A stretch of 64,000 nucleotides of DNA, taken from assembly GCF_009914755.1 (NCBI RefSeq), contig NC_060935.1. One strand, given 5' to 3'. This DNA comes from the human T2T-CHM13v2.0 reference genome, Homo sapiens. Position 1 is the first letter of the stretch, and each line of letters opens with the position of its first letter. The notes below the pieces were generated by a model. That model did no database searches. It worked only from the letters and a program-made list of their open reading frames with translations, and was not told the origin of the DNA. The translations under genes and the position numbers were made by a program. Positions 15,295 to 28,430 of this stretch are shown here, piece by piece.

Positions 15295-17657
15295 GAATCC
15301 AAATCTGTTGTGTCCTCTCCTTCTTCATCCCTCTGTGACTTCGCTTAGTCTCAAGATCAAGTCCACACTCCTTAGTTTAGCGTGCGCAGGTGGGCGGAAC
15401 ACACGTCGGGGTTCATCTCTTGTCCTCCCCATGCTGCACCTCATGCAGGCCACCCCGAATCCTGGGCAGTTCCTTGAACAAGCTTTGATTTTGCTCATCC
15501 TTTAAAGACGCAAGGCCTGGAGACTGACCCCAAGAAGATGGTTTACGAAGAAGCCTTGGCCAGCCCCTCTAGGGAGTAGTCTACATCCATTAACACCCGT
15601 ATTGAAGACAGCAACAATGTGAGGAATGTGTGAGATGCTGCTCAGTGGGAGAAAAGGCGAAATCCACAGGATAGGAAGGGAGGAAAGTGCTGGACATTCA
15701 AAAGGAAGACGCCCCAGGATAGGGCAGTGGGAGTGAGGGAGGAGGCACACTCATAGCTGACTGCCTGGGAGCAGGGAAGCTACGGCGAGGCACCTGATAC
15801 CTGCTCATTTAACCATTCAGCAAACTAATGGCTCATCCCCTACTGTGCGCCAGCCCTGCACATGCAGTCCTAGCTCTCTGGAACACTCAGCCAGAGAGGA
15901 GACAGACAACAGACCAAGTTGGGCCACTCCAGGTTTTCCCTTTGCACAAGTCCAGGCAGCACCATATAACCTGAATATATAAAATATAATGTCATCATGG
16001 CAGCCTTGTATACTCCAAGGGGATAAATGTTAGGGTGAGGAATGGCTCTGGAGCCCCAGAGCAGGGGCAGAACCCTCTCCTGCTGTGTGGAGGAGGGACA
16101 TGGGGCTGTGCCTGGAAGGTGTTCCTTGTGCTGGTCAGGACTGGCCCAGGCTTGGGTGGAGCTGAGGCTCTGAGTGGAGGCCTGAGGAGGGAAAGAGAGA
16201 CTAGCACTCAGACAGCTGGCCCAGCGCAGCCCAGCTGGCTGCATGGAGGCCTTTTCTAGCCTGCTGTGAGCTCTAAGCCTTGCTCTGGATCCTCCCTAAG
16301 GAAGCTCACACCAGGGCAGGAGAAAACCCACCCAGCCCAGGAAATGCCTTGCCCTCCAAGGAGAAGCAACACGAGGCAGGGCCTACCCAGGGCACTCTCC
16401 TGGCAGGTGCACCTTTGCCCATCTCATCCCTGTCCTACCAAAAAACAAGGATGTGAATTCACAAAAGCCCTTGGTGCCCTTTGCATAATTAACATCAGTT
16501 ACCAGTCAGGTCACCCTGAATCTCCTTACTCTGCTGTCTCTTCAGATTCTCCCAGTTCCTTGGCTCCCAGAACCTATGTGTGAAGAACCCCTCACTTCTG
16601 GTCCTCTAAGTGGGCAGGGGATGAAAGGCAGGTAGGGGTGGGGAGAGTTTGTGGGTACCAATTTTTACACCATTAAGGAGTCTTTATACCAGTTTTCTCT
16701 TGAGGAGCCTGGGCTTAAACAGATGTAAACTGCAAATCAAAGCACATTCAGGAAAGAGATAGGAAGGGAGGGAGAGAGGAAAGAGAGAGCAGTCCTTTTT
16801 ACCTTCAGCATCCCCTTGGGTCCAAGTAGGCGCTGACATTTATTATCCCTTTTAATCCTAATAACCATGAGGTAGGTATTGCAATGTCCATTTTACCAAT
16901 GACCAAACTGAGACTCAGAGGTCCTATGACAGCAAGGGTGGATATAGAATGCCAACAGTACCCAGCTGATTCTAATGCCTGTGCTTTTCACTATAACACG
17001 ATCCTTCCAATTAAGTAACAATTCATTCATTTTCCCATGTCTAAATTAATCAAGACATATATACCTGCCAATGAGCCTTCTGATTGGCATGAAATTAACA
17101 ATGTGACCACACCAAATGGTCTCACACCTACCCCAAAACAAACAAAATCTTACTTTCACTTACCCTGTATCCTATCAAGGAGGACTGAAACATCCTTGAT
17201 AGGAGGGTCCCCCCAAAAAAAGTCCTGTGAAAGGTGCTTAGGGCAACTGTGGTGAGCACAGCACAGTTCCTTATGGAGATTACAATTCAGTGGGGAGAGA
17301 TATTTACTAAATGATCACACAAATAAATGTGACATGTCTATGAAGGAAAGGCATAAAGTGCCATTAGGGGGGTTAGAGATAGCTTCCCCCTAAAAAGGCA
17401 ATGAAGCTAAGATCTAAGGAAGCAGTAGGAGTTAACTAAGCAAAGAAGAAAACAAAGGGGAGAACATTTTAGAAAATCTGGAGAGACCATCATGTATCTG
17501 CAAAGGCCCTGTATGAGGAGGGAGTAGAGTATGTCTAAGGCACTAAAAGGCTTTGGTCTAACTAGATCCAGAAATCAAAGATGAGTTTGGTGTGGGGCCA
17601 AGCCATGTAACATTTGAAATTTTTTATTTGAATTTTTGCATTAAAAGTCATGAGTAA

Positions 17658-17938
17658 GACCAGGTGTACTGGCTCACACCTGTAATCTTAACATTTTGGG
17701 AGGTGGAAGCAGGAGGCTCACTCGAGCCCAGGAGTTTGAGAACAGCCTGGGCAACAAAGCAAGACCCCCATCTCTACAAAAAATTTTAAAAACTAGCCAG
17801 GCGTGGTGGCTTGTGCCTGTGGTCTCAGCTACCTGGGAGGCTGAGGCAGGAGGATCACTTTAGCCGAGGAGGCTGAGGCTGCAGTGAACCATGCACTCCA
17901 GTCTGGGTGACAGAGCGAGACCCTGTCTCAAATAATAA
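17658..17938 (+). mobile_element. Alu (J-like) inside an L2 remnant (~17250-18930)
   Basis: Alu motifs; L2-like flanks. Confidence 0.85.
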
Positions 17939-20055
17939 TGGTAAATCATTGAAGGGTTTTAAGCAAAAGGGTGACATGATCATATTTGCATTAAAAAATA
18001 AAAAGCAATAACAGCACTCGGCCCCTGTGTGAAAGGGTAGATGCGGGAGCCCAGTGAGGGGGGCTACTTCAGAAAACCGGAGAGAATTAACTGTGACTTC
18101 ACTAGGATGGTGGTGGTGGTGGAAAAGGAGAGAGGTACAGAGATGTGTGAGGCACGTAGGAGGTAAAATCAACAGGCTGTGGCGATAGGTGGAGTAAGGG
18201 GGTGGAGAAAGAGCAGTCAAGATGTTTCCCATGTGTCTGGCTGGCATAATGAAAGAGTGGTGAAGCCACTCACAAGGCTGAAAACGTTAGATGAAGTTCA
18301 GTGGGAAAGATCATGGGATCAGTTCTAAGTGTAAGTTGTTAAGATGTATTCAAGATTTCCAGTTAGAGGTGTTAAGTACATGGTTGGCTAGATAGCTCTG
18401 GAACTCAGGGCAAGAATTCTGCACTGAGATCTAAAATTGGGAGCCCTCAAGGAATGGGAGACAATGCCAAGGGCATAAGAATAGGAATCAAGGGCTTAGG
18501 ACTGAGTTCCAAAGATCTCTACTATTGAATGTTGAGGAATCTTGCCTGCAAAGGACACAGCAAAGGAGCAGCAAAGAAATTGGTAAGGAAGCTTGGTACC
18601 GAGAAAGCCAGGGGAAGAAAGTGTTTGAGGCGGGTGGTTGGCTGTGCCCAGTGCAGCCGAGAAAACAAGAAAGATCAAGGCTACAGGAAGCCCTTTGGGT
18701 TTATCGACAGGAAGGTCATCAGTGACCTTACGGAGAATCCTTTCTGCTGAGTGATGAGGGGGAAAAACAGCCCGGAGCAGGTGAGCTGTGAACAGAGCAT
18801 GAGGTTATGGAGTCAGCAAGTACAGACCACTCTTCTGTGAAGTTTGCTATGAAAGAAGAGAACCTGGCTCCAAGGGGATGAAAGAGTCAAAGGAGCATTT
18901 TTTTTTTCTTTTTTAAGATGGGAGAGACTTTCTGAAAAACTGAAATGAATATTTTGGGACACCTTCCCACATTTCACCTACCCCTCAGACTTCCTGAGGC
19001 CTCCGTGGAACAAAATTAATTGATGGCAAACACTCAGACCTCCCAAACACCCAAAACCTCTGCACTCGGCGCTACTGGCTTGTTAAGGGAAAAGAATTTT
19101 CCTTTGATTTTCCCATACCCCAGTCTCCCCTTTCCTCTTCCAAATCTCATTAGGAAGTCAAATTAGGAAGCCTACATGCAGCCAAGTTTTGTTTTGCAGA
19201 AACAGCCTTGCCTCTCTTTGCTGAGCCTGCCTGATTGAGGTTAATGGGATTCCAGCCTCCCTCGCCGCCCAGTGGAAAGCCAGGGTGACCTACTTTGCAA
19301 GGTCCTGCCCGTTGAAACTGACTTGTTTTTCAATGATCTGCATCTTTATCCCCAGGACCACTTCTCAAAGGACAGCCATGAATGAGCAAATTAGCTGCTG
19401 ACTTGTTTAGCTCAATAAATCAAGCTGTGGCTCCGACAGCCCAGGGTGCAGGTAGAGACAGGAAAGGCAGACTCTGAACAAAACCCACATCCTTTCCTAG
19501 TTCCTCCGGTGCCTAAGTAGAAAATGCCCAGATTTCCTACAAATCAATTCTGAATGTCCATCATCCAGTTCCTCCAATTGCATCTGAATGCTAAGAATTA
19601 CTGGGACTTTTACAAATAACTTTTATTTCCTTCCTTAAAATGAATCCTGCAAACCACTGTCACCACCTTAAATTATTCCCAGCCACTCTGCCGGATTAAC
19701 ATTGATTAGATAAAGGTCGTGTTTGTGAGGCCAGTGGAGTAGAGACATGGTCACCTTCTCCAGAAATCCAAAGCCATGCTCCCCAGGAGGCCAGAGATTT
19801 CCCTTAAATTGGGCCGGAAGAGTCAGGGCTCTCCCTGCCTCCTGCAACACCTGCACAGGTCCACCGATGTCCTCGGGATGCTAAAGGAAGATGGGCTTTG
19901 GACAGAGAAGCAGGTGGTAGGTCTAAGCATCCAGATGGACCTGGAGTCCTAGATGCCTCCTGGTTATAAACACAGCGTTTTCCAACGTTGCAGGAACCTC
20001 CCTCAAACCTTTCTCCACACACACCCCTGCAGAACTTCAGCCTAGTGAATGGCTT

Positions 20056-20074
20056 GGGCGCCCTCTCGTGGCCA
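20056..20074 (-). promoter_or_regulatory. Candidate CTCF site
   Basis: Reverse complement TGGCCACGAGAGGGCGCCC is close to the CTCF core TGGCCACCAGGGGGCGCTA. Confidence 0.6.
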
Positions 20075-22787
20075 AATTGAGTTTTTGCAACTCTGAAAAT
20101 TCAGATTATTGAAAACTCAGGATGAGAGACAACACAGCATATGAGTGTTTTAGGAAACCCTCCTGAGTCTCACTGGTGTGGATCTGTAATTTAGGAGGGG
20201 ATGGTAAGTCTCTAGAAGCAGTATCAAAATCCTTTCTTACCTCTTTTCTTTTATGGTGTTTTGGAACATTTTGTTTGGAAAAGTTGAATGAGAAGAAAAT
20301 CAACCTCTACCAAGCCCTGTTATGTGTCCCTCACAATGATAAGCAGTTTTCTCACAATAAAACCTTGGGGTAGGATGATGATGCTCCCATTTGGCAGATG
20401 TAGTAATTGCAAAGAAAGGTGAGGTGGAAGCCCTCATCACATAGCTATTAAATAAACAGCTGATTCGAATCCAGCTCTGACTGTCACCAATGCCCTGGGT
20501 TCTTTCCTCCACACCATGCTGCCTCTCCAAATGTAGAAAAAGGAAACATTTCTCTGGGTCTTCATATCTGATGTGAATTGTCTGTTCATAACTTTTCTTT
20601 ATCTAGTGGGATCATTGTCTTTTTCTACATATTTGGATTAACTCTGTAGATAATATAGATATTAACACTTTGTCAGTCACACTCAATGGAGACATTTTTT
20701 GCCAGCATGTCATTTTTCTCTCCAATTCAGTACTGCTGTTTTCATTTTACAGAAGGTCTTCGTTGATAGATAATTCAATTCTTTTCTTTATAATTGCTTT
20801 TATTGTTTCAAAGTTGAAAAAATTAATATTTCTCTAGTAGATCTGAAAGCTTTATTTTTTTCTATGATCTGGTTATTTTCTATTTGACTCTGGGTCTGTT
20901 TTTTTTTTTTCTTGTGTGGTATATTAAATGTGAATCCAGTTTTTTTTTTATTACAGTTAACTTAGCCCAACCCCACTTGTCGCACAATCTTTCCTTTCCC
21001 CCTAATTTGAAAAGCCTATTTTGTATAGTCCTTATCTATAGTTTCTGGGATCTCCAGTCTGTATTGCTGATTTATATTTCTATCTTACCTGAATATCACG
21101 CTATTTTGTCTATCATGCTTTATCATATACTCTGGTATATGGTATGGCTAGATCAACTCTCTGCTAGAAAACGGATACAAATCTAAGTCCCAGGTAGAAA
21201 GATGAAACCAAATTAACAAAATATATCTTGGAAGACATGGCATATACAAAAGCATAAAAATTTTTATGACAGTTTGAACAAATTAAAGCACTCCAGTCCT
21301 ATCTAGCATTTTCTAAGGAAAACTCATATAGATTCTTATTCATTTAATTATTTTTATTATAGAATAAATACTTTGAAGTGATGCTTAATTAAATTTGAAG
21401 GTCAAAGGAAATACAAGAGCTCCATGTTCATTTCTTAGATTAAGTCATTTACTTCAACAAACATTTGAAGAGAATCCATGGCATGCCAAGTTCTAAGCCA
21501 GACATTGGGATATAGCTATGAGCACGGCAGAAATGGTCCTCACTCTATTGGAACCTGATGGGAAAGGCAGATATTAACAAAAAATTCCAAAGCAAGAGTG
21601 AGTTCAGCATGCTATGGGGAGGTAGAATAGGAGTTCTAAGCAATTTGGGGAGAGGTCAGGAAATACCTCCTCCAGGAAATGTTACATAAATGGGGTCAAG
21701 GAGGGATTCTCCAGTCAAGGATAAGAGAAAGCTGCAGGGCATATCTGAAAATGCTATCAAATTGTTCTCAGGCCCTTATAGATTCAGATTTACTCTATCA
21801 CCCAAGATAAGTCAGCCATGTGACCTCATAGTCAGGAATTGGCCGCCCCACGTTTCCCACACCTTGAAACACTTACCAGGGTCTAGAGGGTATCTCGCTT
21901 CAGCTACAGATTTGGATACAACAGATTGGGCCAAAATGCATTTACTGAGAATGATTTCCACAAGGCCTTGGTCTCAGATGGTTACACCCATTGGCTGGGC
22001 AGGTTCCAGGGTAATGTGTTAGGGTGGCAGTTGGTTTGGTTTCTACAGCTCTGGATTAGAACTGGTTTTGTCCCCTTAGATTGTCATTATGAATAGTCAC
22101 CCATGGGGTACAGGATATGAATGACTAATCTGGCCCCAAATCACCTACTTAGGAAGACAGGAAGGCAATAGATGGAGCGGTCAGTCTCTATGACAATGGA
22201 AGAGGAAACCTGCCTCCCAGGGGACTGCTGGACCACCCCAGAGGACAGCTGCACCCAGGTGCCAGTGCTGTCTGCTCAGCAGTTACTAGAAGGCAGACCA
22301 GAACCCCGTCCTGTGAGTCCCTAGGCGAGGTAATGCCACACCTCCATAGACTGCAATCCTTGTGTGAACCAGGTCTTTAAAGAAGCTGCTAAAATCACTG
22401 ACCTACATGCCAGAAAATGCACACGTGGGAAAAGGAAATTAAATCCCCTGATTTGTGCCTAAGTAGCTGATGATGTCATTGCAATACTTTAGCAGTTTAT
22501 AAAGACTTCCTAATAAAGCATCTCATTTGATCCTGACAGCAACACTGCAGGTATGTATTGCTAGATGAAGATATTGAGACTTGAAGAGGGTGAGCAACTT
22601 GCCCAAGATCTAAAGCTAGAAGTGGAGGAGTTCAAGTCATCATACGCATATTTGTTCAGTCGGCCCACTGGACACCTAGGTCCTGGGGTACAGCTATGAA
22701 ACACAGAGTTCCTTCAAGGAACTCCCGGTCTAAGCTGGGGAGAGGGAACAGTGAGGAAGTGATTACATTCATGGGGTCTGGCTATGG

Positions 22788-23280
22788 AGACCTGCGCAGA
22801 GTGGGAATCCAGCGCTATGTATCTGCCTCAGCCGAAGGCAAGACCTGCGCAGAGTGTGGGAATCCAGCGCTATGTATCTGCCTCAGCCGAAGGCAAGACC
22901 TGCGTAGAGTGTGGGAATCCAGCGCTATGTATCTGCCTCAGCCGAAGGCAAGACCTGCGCAGAGTGTGGGAATCCAGCGCTATGTACTTGCCTCAGCCGA
23001 AGGCAAGACCTGCGCAGAGTGTGGGAATCCAGCGCTATGTACTTGCCTCAGCCGAAGGCAAGACCTGCGCAGAGTGTGGGAATCCAGCGCTATGTACTTG
23101 CCTCAGCCGAAGGCAAGACCTGCGCAGAGTGTGGGAATCCAGCGCTATGTACTTGCCTCAGCCGAAGGCAAGACCTGCGCAGAGTGTGGGAATCCAGCGC
23201 TATGTACTTGCCTCAGCTGAAGGCAAGACCTGCGCAGAGTGTGGGAATCCAGCGCTATGTATCTGCCTCAGCTGAAGGCA
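22788..23280 (+). repeat. Minisatellite/VNTR, 9 copies of a 55 bp unit (first copy 53 bp)
   Basis: Unit agacctgcgcagagtgtgggaatccagcgctatgtacttgcctcagccgaaggca starts at 22788, 22841, 22896, 22951, 23006, 23061, 23116, 23171, 23226. Confidence 0.97.
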
Positions 23281-23335
23281 GGCAGAAAGGCTGCTGGAAG
23301 AGGTGACATGACCTGAGGCTTGAAAGATGAGTGGG

Positions 23336-23510
23336 CCCAGCATTCTCAAGCTTGAGGTGTATTACAATCTGGAGGGATTATTAAAACAAATTGCTGGGTC
23401 CTACCCCAAGTCTCTAATTCAGCAAATATAGGGTGGGGCTCAAGAATCTGTATTTCTAACAAGTTCCTAGAGGTTGCTGATGCTGCTGGTCCAAGGACCA
23501 CACTTTTCCA
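23336..23510. mobile_element. MER5A-like hAT-Charlie MITE
   Basis: ttctcaagctt...ggggctcaagaatctgtatttctaacaagttcc...ggaccacacttt pattern. Confidence 0.7.
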
Positions 23511-25059
23511 ATCACTGAAGAGCTTGCCCAATAGATGCAAGTACAAGTGGAACCTGCAGCTAACCTGCAGGTAGACTGGCCTGTCAGGGCCCAGGGAGCT
23601 TCTTAGGTAGCAGGTAGTGTGGGATAAGGGAGGGGGTGCATGGGAGGCAGCACCAGGACCTTGTCAATCGACGGATGCCAAAGCCAAGGCTCAGGCCAGG
23701 TTCTTCTCCACTCCTGTGGCAGAACCTAGACTGGCATCAGGCTAAAATGGAAAGTCCATTCAGGAAGGCTTTTCCTCCCACCTGTCCCCTTTCTGATCTC
23801 CATACGATCCTACAGTACTTCTCTCAGTAACACTAATGGTAATAAGAGCTCTAGGGCCAGGCAATGGGCTAAGTACTGTCTGCAAGCTAGCTCATTTGAA
23901 ATTCACAGGAACCCTTTGGAGTAGACGTATGTGATCACCATTTTAAAGATTTGGACACTGAGACGCAGAAAGGTTTGATAATCTGCCCAAGGACACACAG
24001 CTGTAACAGGTGATACCAGAGCCCAAGGGGCCCAGTTCCCCAGGCCCCAGTCGGGTCTGCAGTCATTGCTTTCTGGTGCCAGGTGAGGGCAGCCAGAAGC
24101 AGCTGGTCCCAACAGAGGGCACAGGGACTTCCAGACAGCTGAGGCAGACCAGCTGCCAGCTGGACTGAACAGAACAGTTGGTCTCTGGCCAAGGATTCCC
24201 CATGATTAGCAGCCTTGGGGTGCAGAGTCAGGCCAAGCTGCCTTCAAGCCTCAGCCCCCTCCTAGCTGTGTCTATTAGTTCATTAACCACTTATTCACTT
24301 TCATGGCCTCTCTATGAGACAGGATAATAATTCTAACCCCACAGGATTGTCATGAGGGGAAAATGAAATAATATGGGACTGCCACCCGCTGTGTGCTTTG
24401 CGAATGTGACTCTTTCCTTTCCAGCCACTCTGAGTGGTTGCTGCCATGTATCTCACATGGTCCCAGCCACTCCTGAGAATCTGTGTGACACAAAGAGAGA
24501 GGTTGAAGAGCGGCCTCTGATAGCTTAGACTCAGGATGTTATTCCCAGCAACTGGGGGTGTCGGCCAAAGGTCTCTGACTCTACAGCTGGTCCCTGCTTC
24601 CCAGCTGTGAGCTGATGGGTACAGTCTGGCGCTGGACAGTGCCTGCTATTGGCAGCCTTCTGAGGGCAATAGAAACAGGAAGCTGGGGGAGATGACCCCT
24701 CTGATGGGAGGTTGAGGTGCAAGGATCACTTGAGCCCAGAAGTTTGAGGCAACAGTGAGCCATGATCACACCACTGCACTCCAGCCTGGGTGACAGAGCA
24801 AGACTCTGTCTCTGAAAGAAAAACAAAAAGAGAAACTGGATAGGGTGGTAGTATATGGTTCTCTCCACATTTGTTCAATGGATGGGCTCAGGACAGAGAA
24901 GGGTATAAACCCACAGTGGCCAAAGGCAGAATTCAGTGGGAGACCACGAATGTGGATACTCTCTGTCCCTCTCATTCTTCATAATCCAGGCAGATTTCCC
25001 TCAGAGTGAGGACCAACCCCCAGAACTCTAATATAATGGTCTCTGTATTTCGTTTCCAG

Positions 25060-25261
25060 GAGAGCAGCACCTTCAGCTGAATTTTCCGTGGACAGAACGC
25101 GCCATTTAATGTCCTTCCTGACCATGATGGGCCCTAGTCCCGACTGGAACGTAGGCTTATCTGCAGAAGATCTGTGCACCAAGGAATGTGGCTGGGTCCA
25201 GAAGGTGGTGCAAGACCTGATTCCCTGGGACGCTGGCACCGACAGCGGGGTGACCTATGAG
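25060..25261 (+). CDS. SPON1: F-spondin exon 8 (RAAPSAEFSVDRTRHLMSFLTMMGPSPDWNVG...WDAGTDSGVTYE)
   Basis: Spondin-domain signatures PSPDW and DAGTDSG; ttccag acceptor, gtgtgt donor. Confidence 0.96.
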
Positions 25262-25651
25262 GTGTGTGTGTGTGCCTGGAGTGGTGAGTGGCTCCTTGCC
25301 TACCCGCTTCCTGAGTGTCCTGGACACAGAGGGGATCTGTCCCAGGCTCTGTCCTAGGTGAACTTTCAGTCTGGCTGGGGAGGCTGGCATGGTCGCATCA
25401 TCACATATGGTGTAATTTGGGCTCTGGGAACTGTCTGTGCAGTGGCCAGGAGAGCACGGAGAGGGAACTGCTAAAGAGCAGTTCCCAGGTGAGCAGGGGA
25501 CAGCATTCCAAAGCCATGACTGCAAGAGCGAAGGTTTCTGGACAGCTGGGCTAAGGAGTTTGCATTCTGTCCTGAATGTCATATTTCTCTGATATGATCT
25601 ATTGCATTGAAATCTGGAGCCATCAGAAAACCAATGGGAGAACAATCTAGA

Positions 25652-25873
25652 ACAGACATCTGCAAACTATGGTTTGGAAGACAAATCTGCCCTACAATGT
25701 GATTTGTCAATAAAGTTTTCAAAGCCAGTTACACTCCTCCAAGTACATATTATCTGCGGCTGTTTTCTCACTACCACAGCTGAGTTGAATATTAGCAACA
25801 GACACAATATGGTTCACAAAGCCTAAAATATTTAGCATCTGGCCCTTTACTAAAAAAGTTTTCCAATGCCGGG
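25652..25873. mobile_element. MER58A-like DNA transposon
   Basis: gcaaactatgg...tggccctttactaaaaaagttttcc termini. Confidence 0.65.
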
Positions 25874-26178
25874 TCTATTAGAAAGAGTTTGGGATTCAGG
25901 CCAACCTGGCTCAGCCATTTCCTAGCTGGGATGGCCTCTCTGAAACTTGGCTTCTTCATCTTAGCACAATCCTACCATGGACATGGAAGAATTTTAAAAT
26001 ATAGTTCTAGAAATTTCTCAGCACAGTATGTGGCATGAACACAATTCCATAAATATAAATAGTAGTTATGCTTGTTAAATTCCTATCAAGGACTTTGCTC
26101 TGATCCATATAACAAATGGCTTTTGTGGGTTTTCCCAATTTTATTTCTTACTCTCTACCTCTGTATGTTTTCTTGCAG

Positions 26179-26319
26179 TCACCCAACAAACCCACCATTC
26201 CCCAGGAGAAAATCCGGCCCCTGACCAGCCTGGACCATCCTCAGAGTCCTTTCTATGACCCAGAGGGTGGGTCCATCACTCAAGTAGCCAGAGTTGTCAT
26301 CGAGAGAATCGCACGGAAG
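26179..26319 (+). CDS. SPON1: F-spondin exon 9 (SPNKPTIPQEKIRP...IERIARK)
   Basis: ttgcag/gtactg boundaries; 141 bp in frame. Confidence 0.96.
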
Positions 26320-26474
26320 GTACTGGGTTAGAACCCACTCTGGCATCGACCTTTCCCGGTAGGAGTGCCAGGGAGATTGTACACCCTTCTGCTCTAGAAT
26401 CATAGAGTCACTGGCAGAAAGCACCTCAGGATATGGAATTCCTGGGCCTCCCCAGGTTTCTAACATGCAAATTA

Positions 26475-26806
<332 letters not shown>

Positions 26807-27148
26807 TGAGCAAAATTAACTCAGCAGTGAGGCCCAGTGCTCAAATGAACAATTTGATCCAGGCAAATTGCTTTCATTGTGAGTTCTGCAATTGATTACT
26901 AATATCTGCCATGGGCCAGGAACTGGGGAGTGGTGGTACCCAAGTTATGTATTTATCATCCCTGGTTAGCCATTCCTGCTTTCTTGGCATTTCTTTCTCA
27001 GGCAGATTGTAAATGTTGGTCCAGAACTTTGCCAAGGCATACGATTTGTATACAGAATGGCGATTAGATTTTAGTCCTCTTTCACCTTCCCCCTACACAT
27101 TCCCTTCTTTCTCTCATGTGAGCCCTCCAAGTAAAATTCCTTTTTCAG

Positions 27149-27224
27149 GGTGAACAATGCAATATTGTACCTGACAATGTCGATGATATTGTAGCTGACC
27201 TGGCTCCAGAAGAGAAAGATGAAG
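27149..27224 (+). CDS. SPON1: F-spondin exon 10 (GEQCNIVPDNVDDIVADLAPEEKDE)
   Basis: tttcag/gtacgt boundaries; frame continuity. Confidence 0.95.
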
Positions 27225-28247
27225 GTACGTTGTTTTCTTTTGTTGCAGGTGGCAACATAAATTGACATAACCCTTTGAGAAAGCAATTTGCTAACCTGTT
27301 TTAAGAACCATAAACCATGTGCTTTGACTTGGTAATCATATCTCTGAGGATTTCTCCTCAAGAAATAATCAAAAACAAGGCCAAGGTTAGGCCCAAAGCA
27401 TAAGGGAATTGGTGAAGATATGACATCAGAATATATACTCAACAACATCAGGCCTTTAAAACAATCATGTAAATCTCATTTTAATGGGCTTCGCAGGATT
27501 CAGACCACTCTCTGCTTCGATTCTCAGGCCAGCCTATGAGGCAGGTGTGGATACATTCACTTTCCTAGCAAGCAAAGAAAGGCCCAGATCCTACAATCAG
27601 GAGGGAGCGACAGAGTCATGGTTCAAGCTCAAGTTTTCTTATGGGATCTGGAGCCAGACAACCTGGACTCTCAGTAGACATGTGATCTTGGGCAAGAAGC
27701 TAACCTTTCTGTCTCAGTTTCCTCAACAGTCAAATGGGGATAATAAAAGAACTTGCTTCATACAGTTGTCAGAATTAAATGGGATAAAACATGTAAGGCT
27801 CTTAGAATGGTGCTGGTACATGATGAGTACTCAATGAATAGCAGCTGCTCTTATTCTTACCATGACAACTGTGTATGGGATCATTGGGAAGATGAAGCCA
27901 TGGCATGTAAATAAGCCTTGAGCTTTTCAAAATTACCTACAATGAGCCTGCATGTGTCTGGAAACAATGCCAAGATGAGGGACTGAAAATGAGAAGACGT
28001 TCATGTGTTGAGAGGAAGGGATAATAAGAATCATTCTGCTTATTTAGATTAGATATTTATTAGCAAGATGTTAAACTATTATCTTTAAAGGGAAGTGGAT
28101 GGCTGCTTCCATCCCAGGAGCACCCAGGCTCACTGAAGTCAGTCTGGCAGCATGGCTTTTCTTGTCCCCAGATAAGCTGGTATGGGGAGAGGGCCAGTGG
28201 CAGCTCCCATAGGTTCCCAGGGAAAACATGTCAAACACTCTTTCCAG

Positions 28248-28430
28248 ATGACACCCCTGAAACCTGCATCTACTCCAACTGGTCCCCATGGTCCGCCTGC
28301 AGCTCCTCCACCTGTGACAAAGGCAAGAGGATGCGACAGCGCATGCTGAAAGCACAGCTGGACCTCAGCGTCCCCTGCCCTGACACCCAGGACTTCCAGC
28401 CCTGCATGGGCCCTGGCTGCAGTGACGAAG
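28248..28430 (+). CDS. SPON1: F-spondin exon 11, TSR1 (WSPWSACSSSTC)
   Basis: ttccag/gtgagg boundaries; WxxW and Cys pattern of a TSR. Confidence 0.97.

Noticed and set aside
22788-23280. CRISPR-like array
   Set aside because: The units are contiguous with no unique spacers, and the context is eukaryotic; it is a minisatellite.
22696-23306. Three overlapping Cys-rich ORFs (CAECG..., zinc-finger-like)
   Set aside because: Artefact of the 55 bp unit rotating through three frames; the region is intronic.
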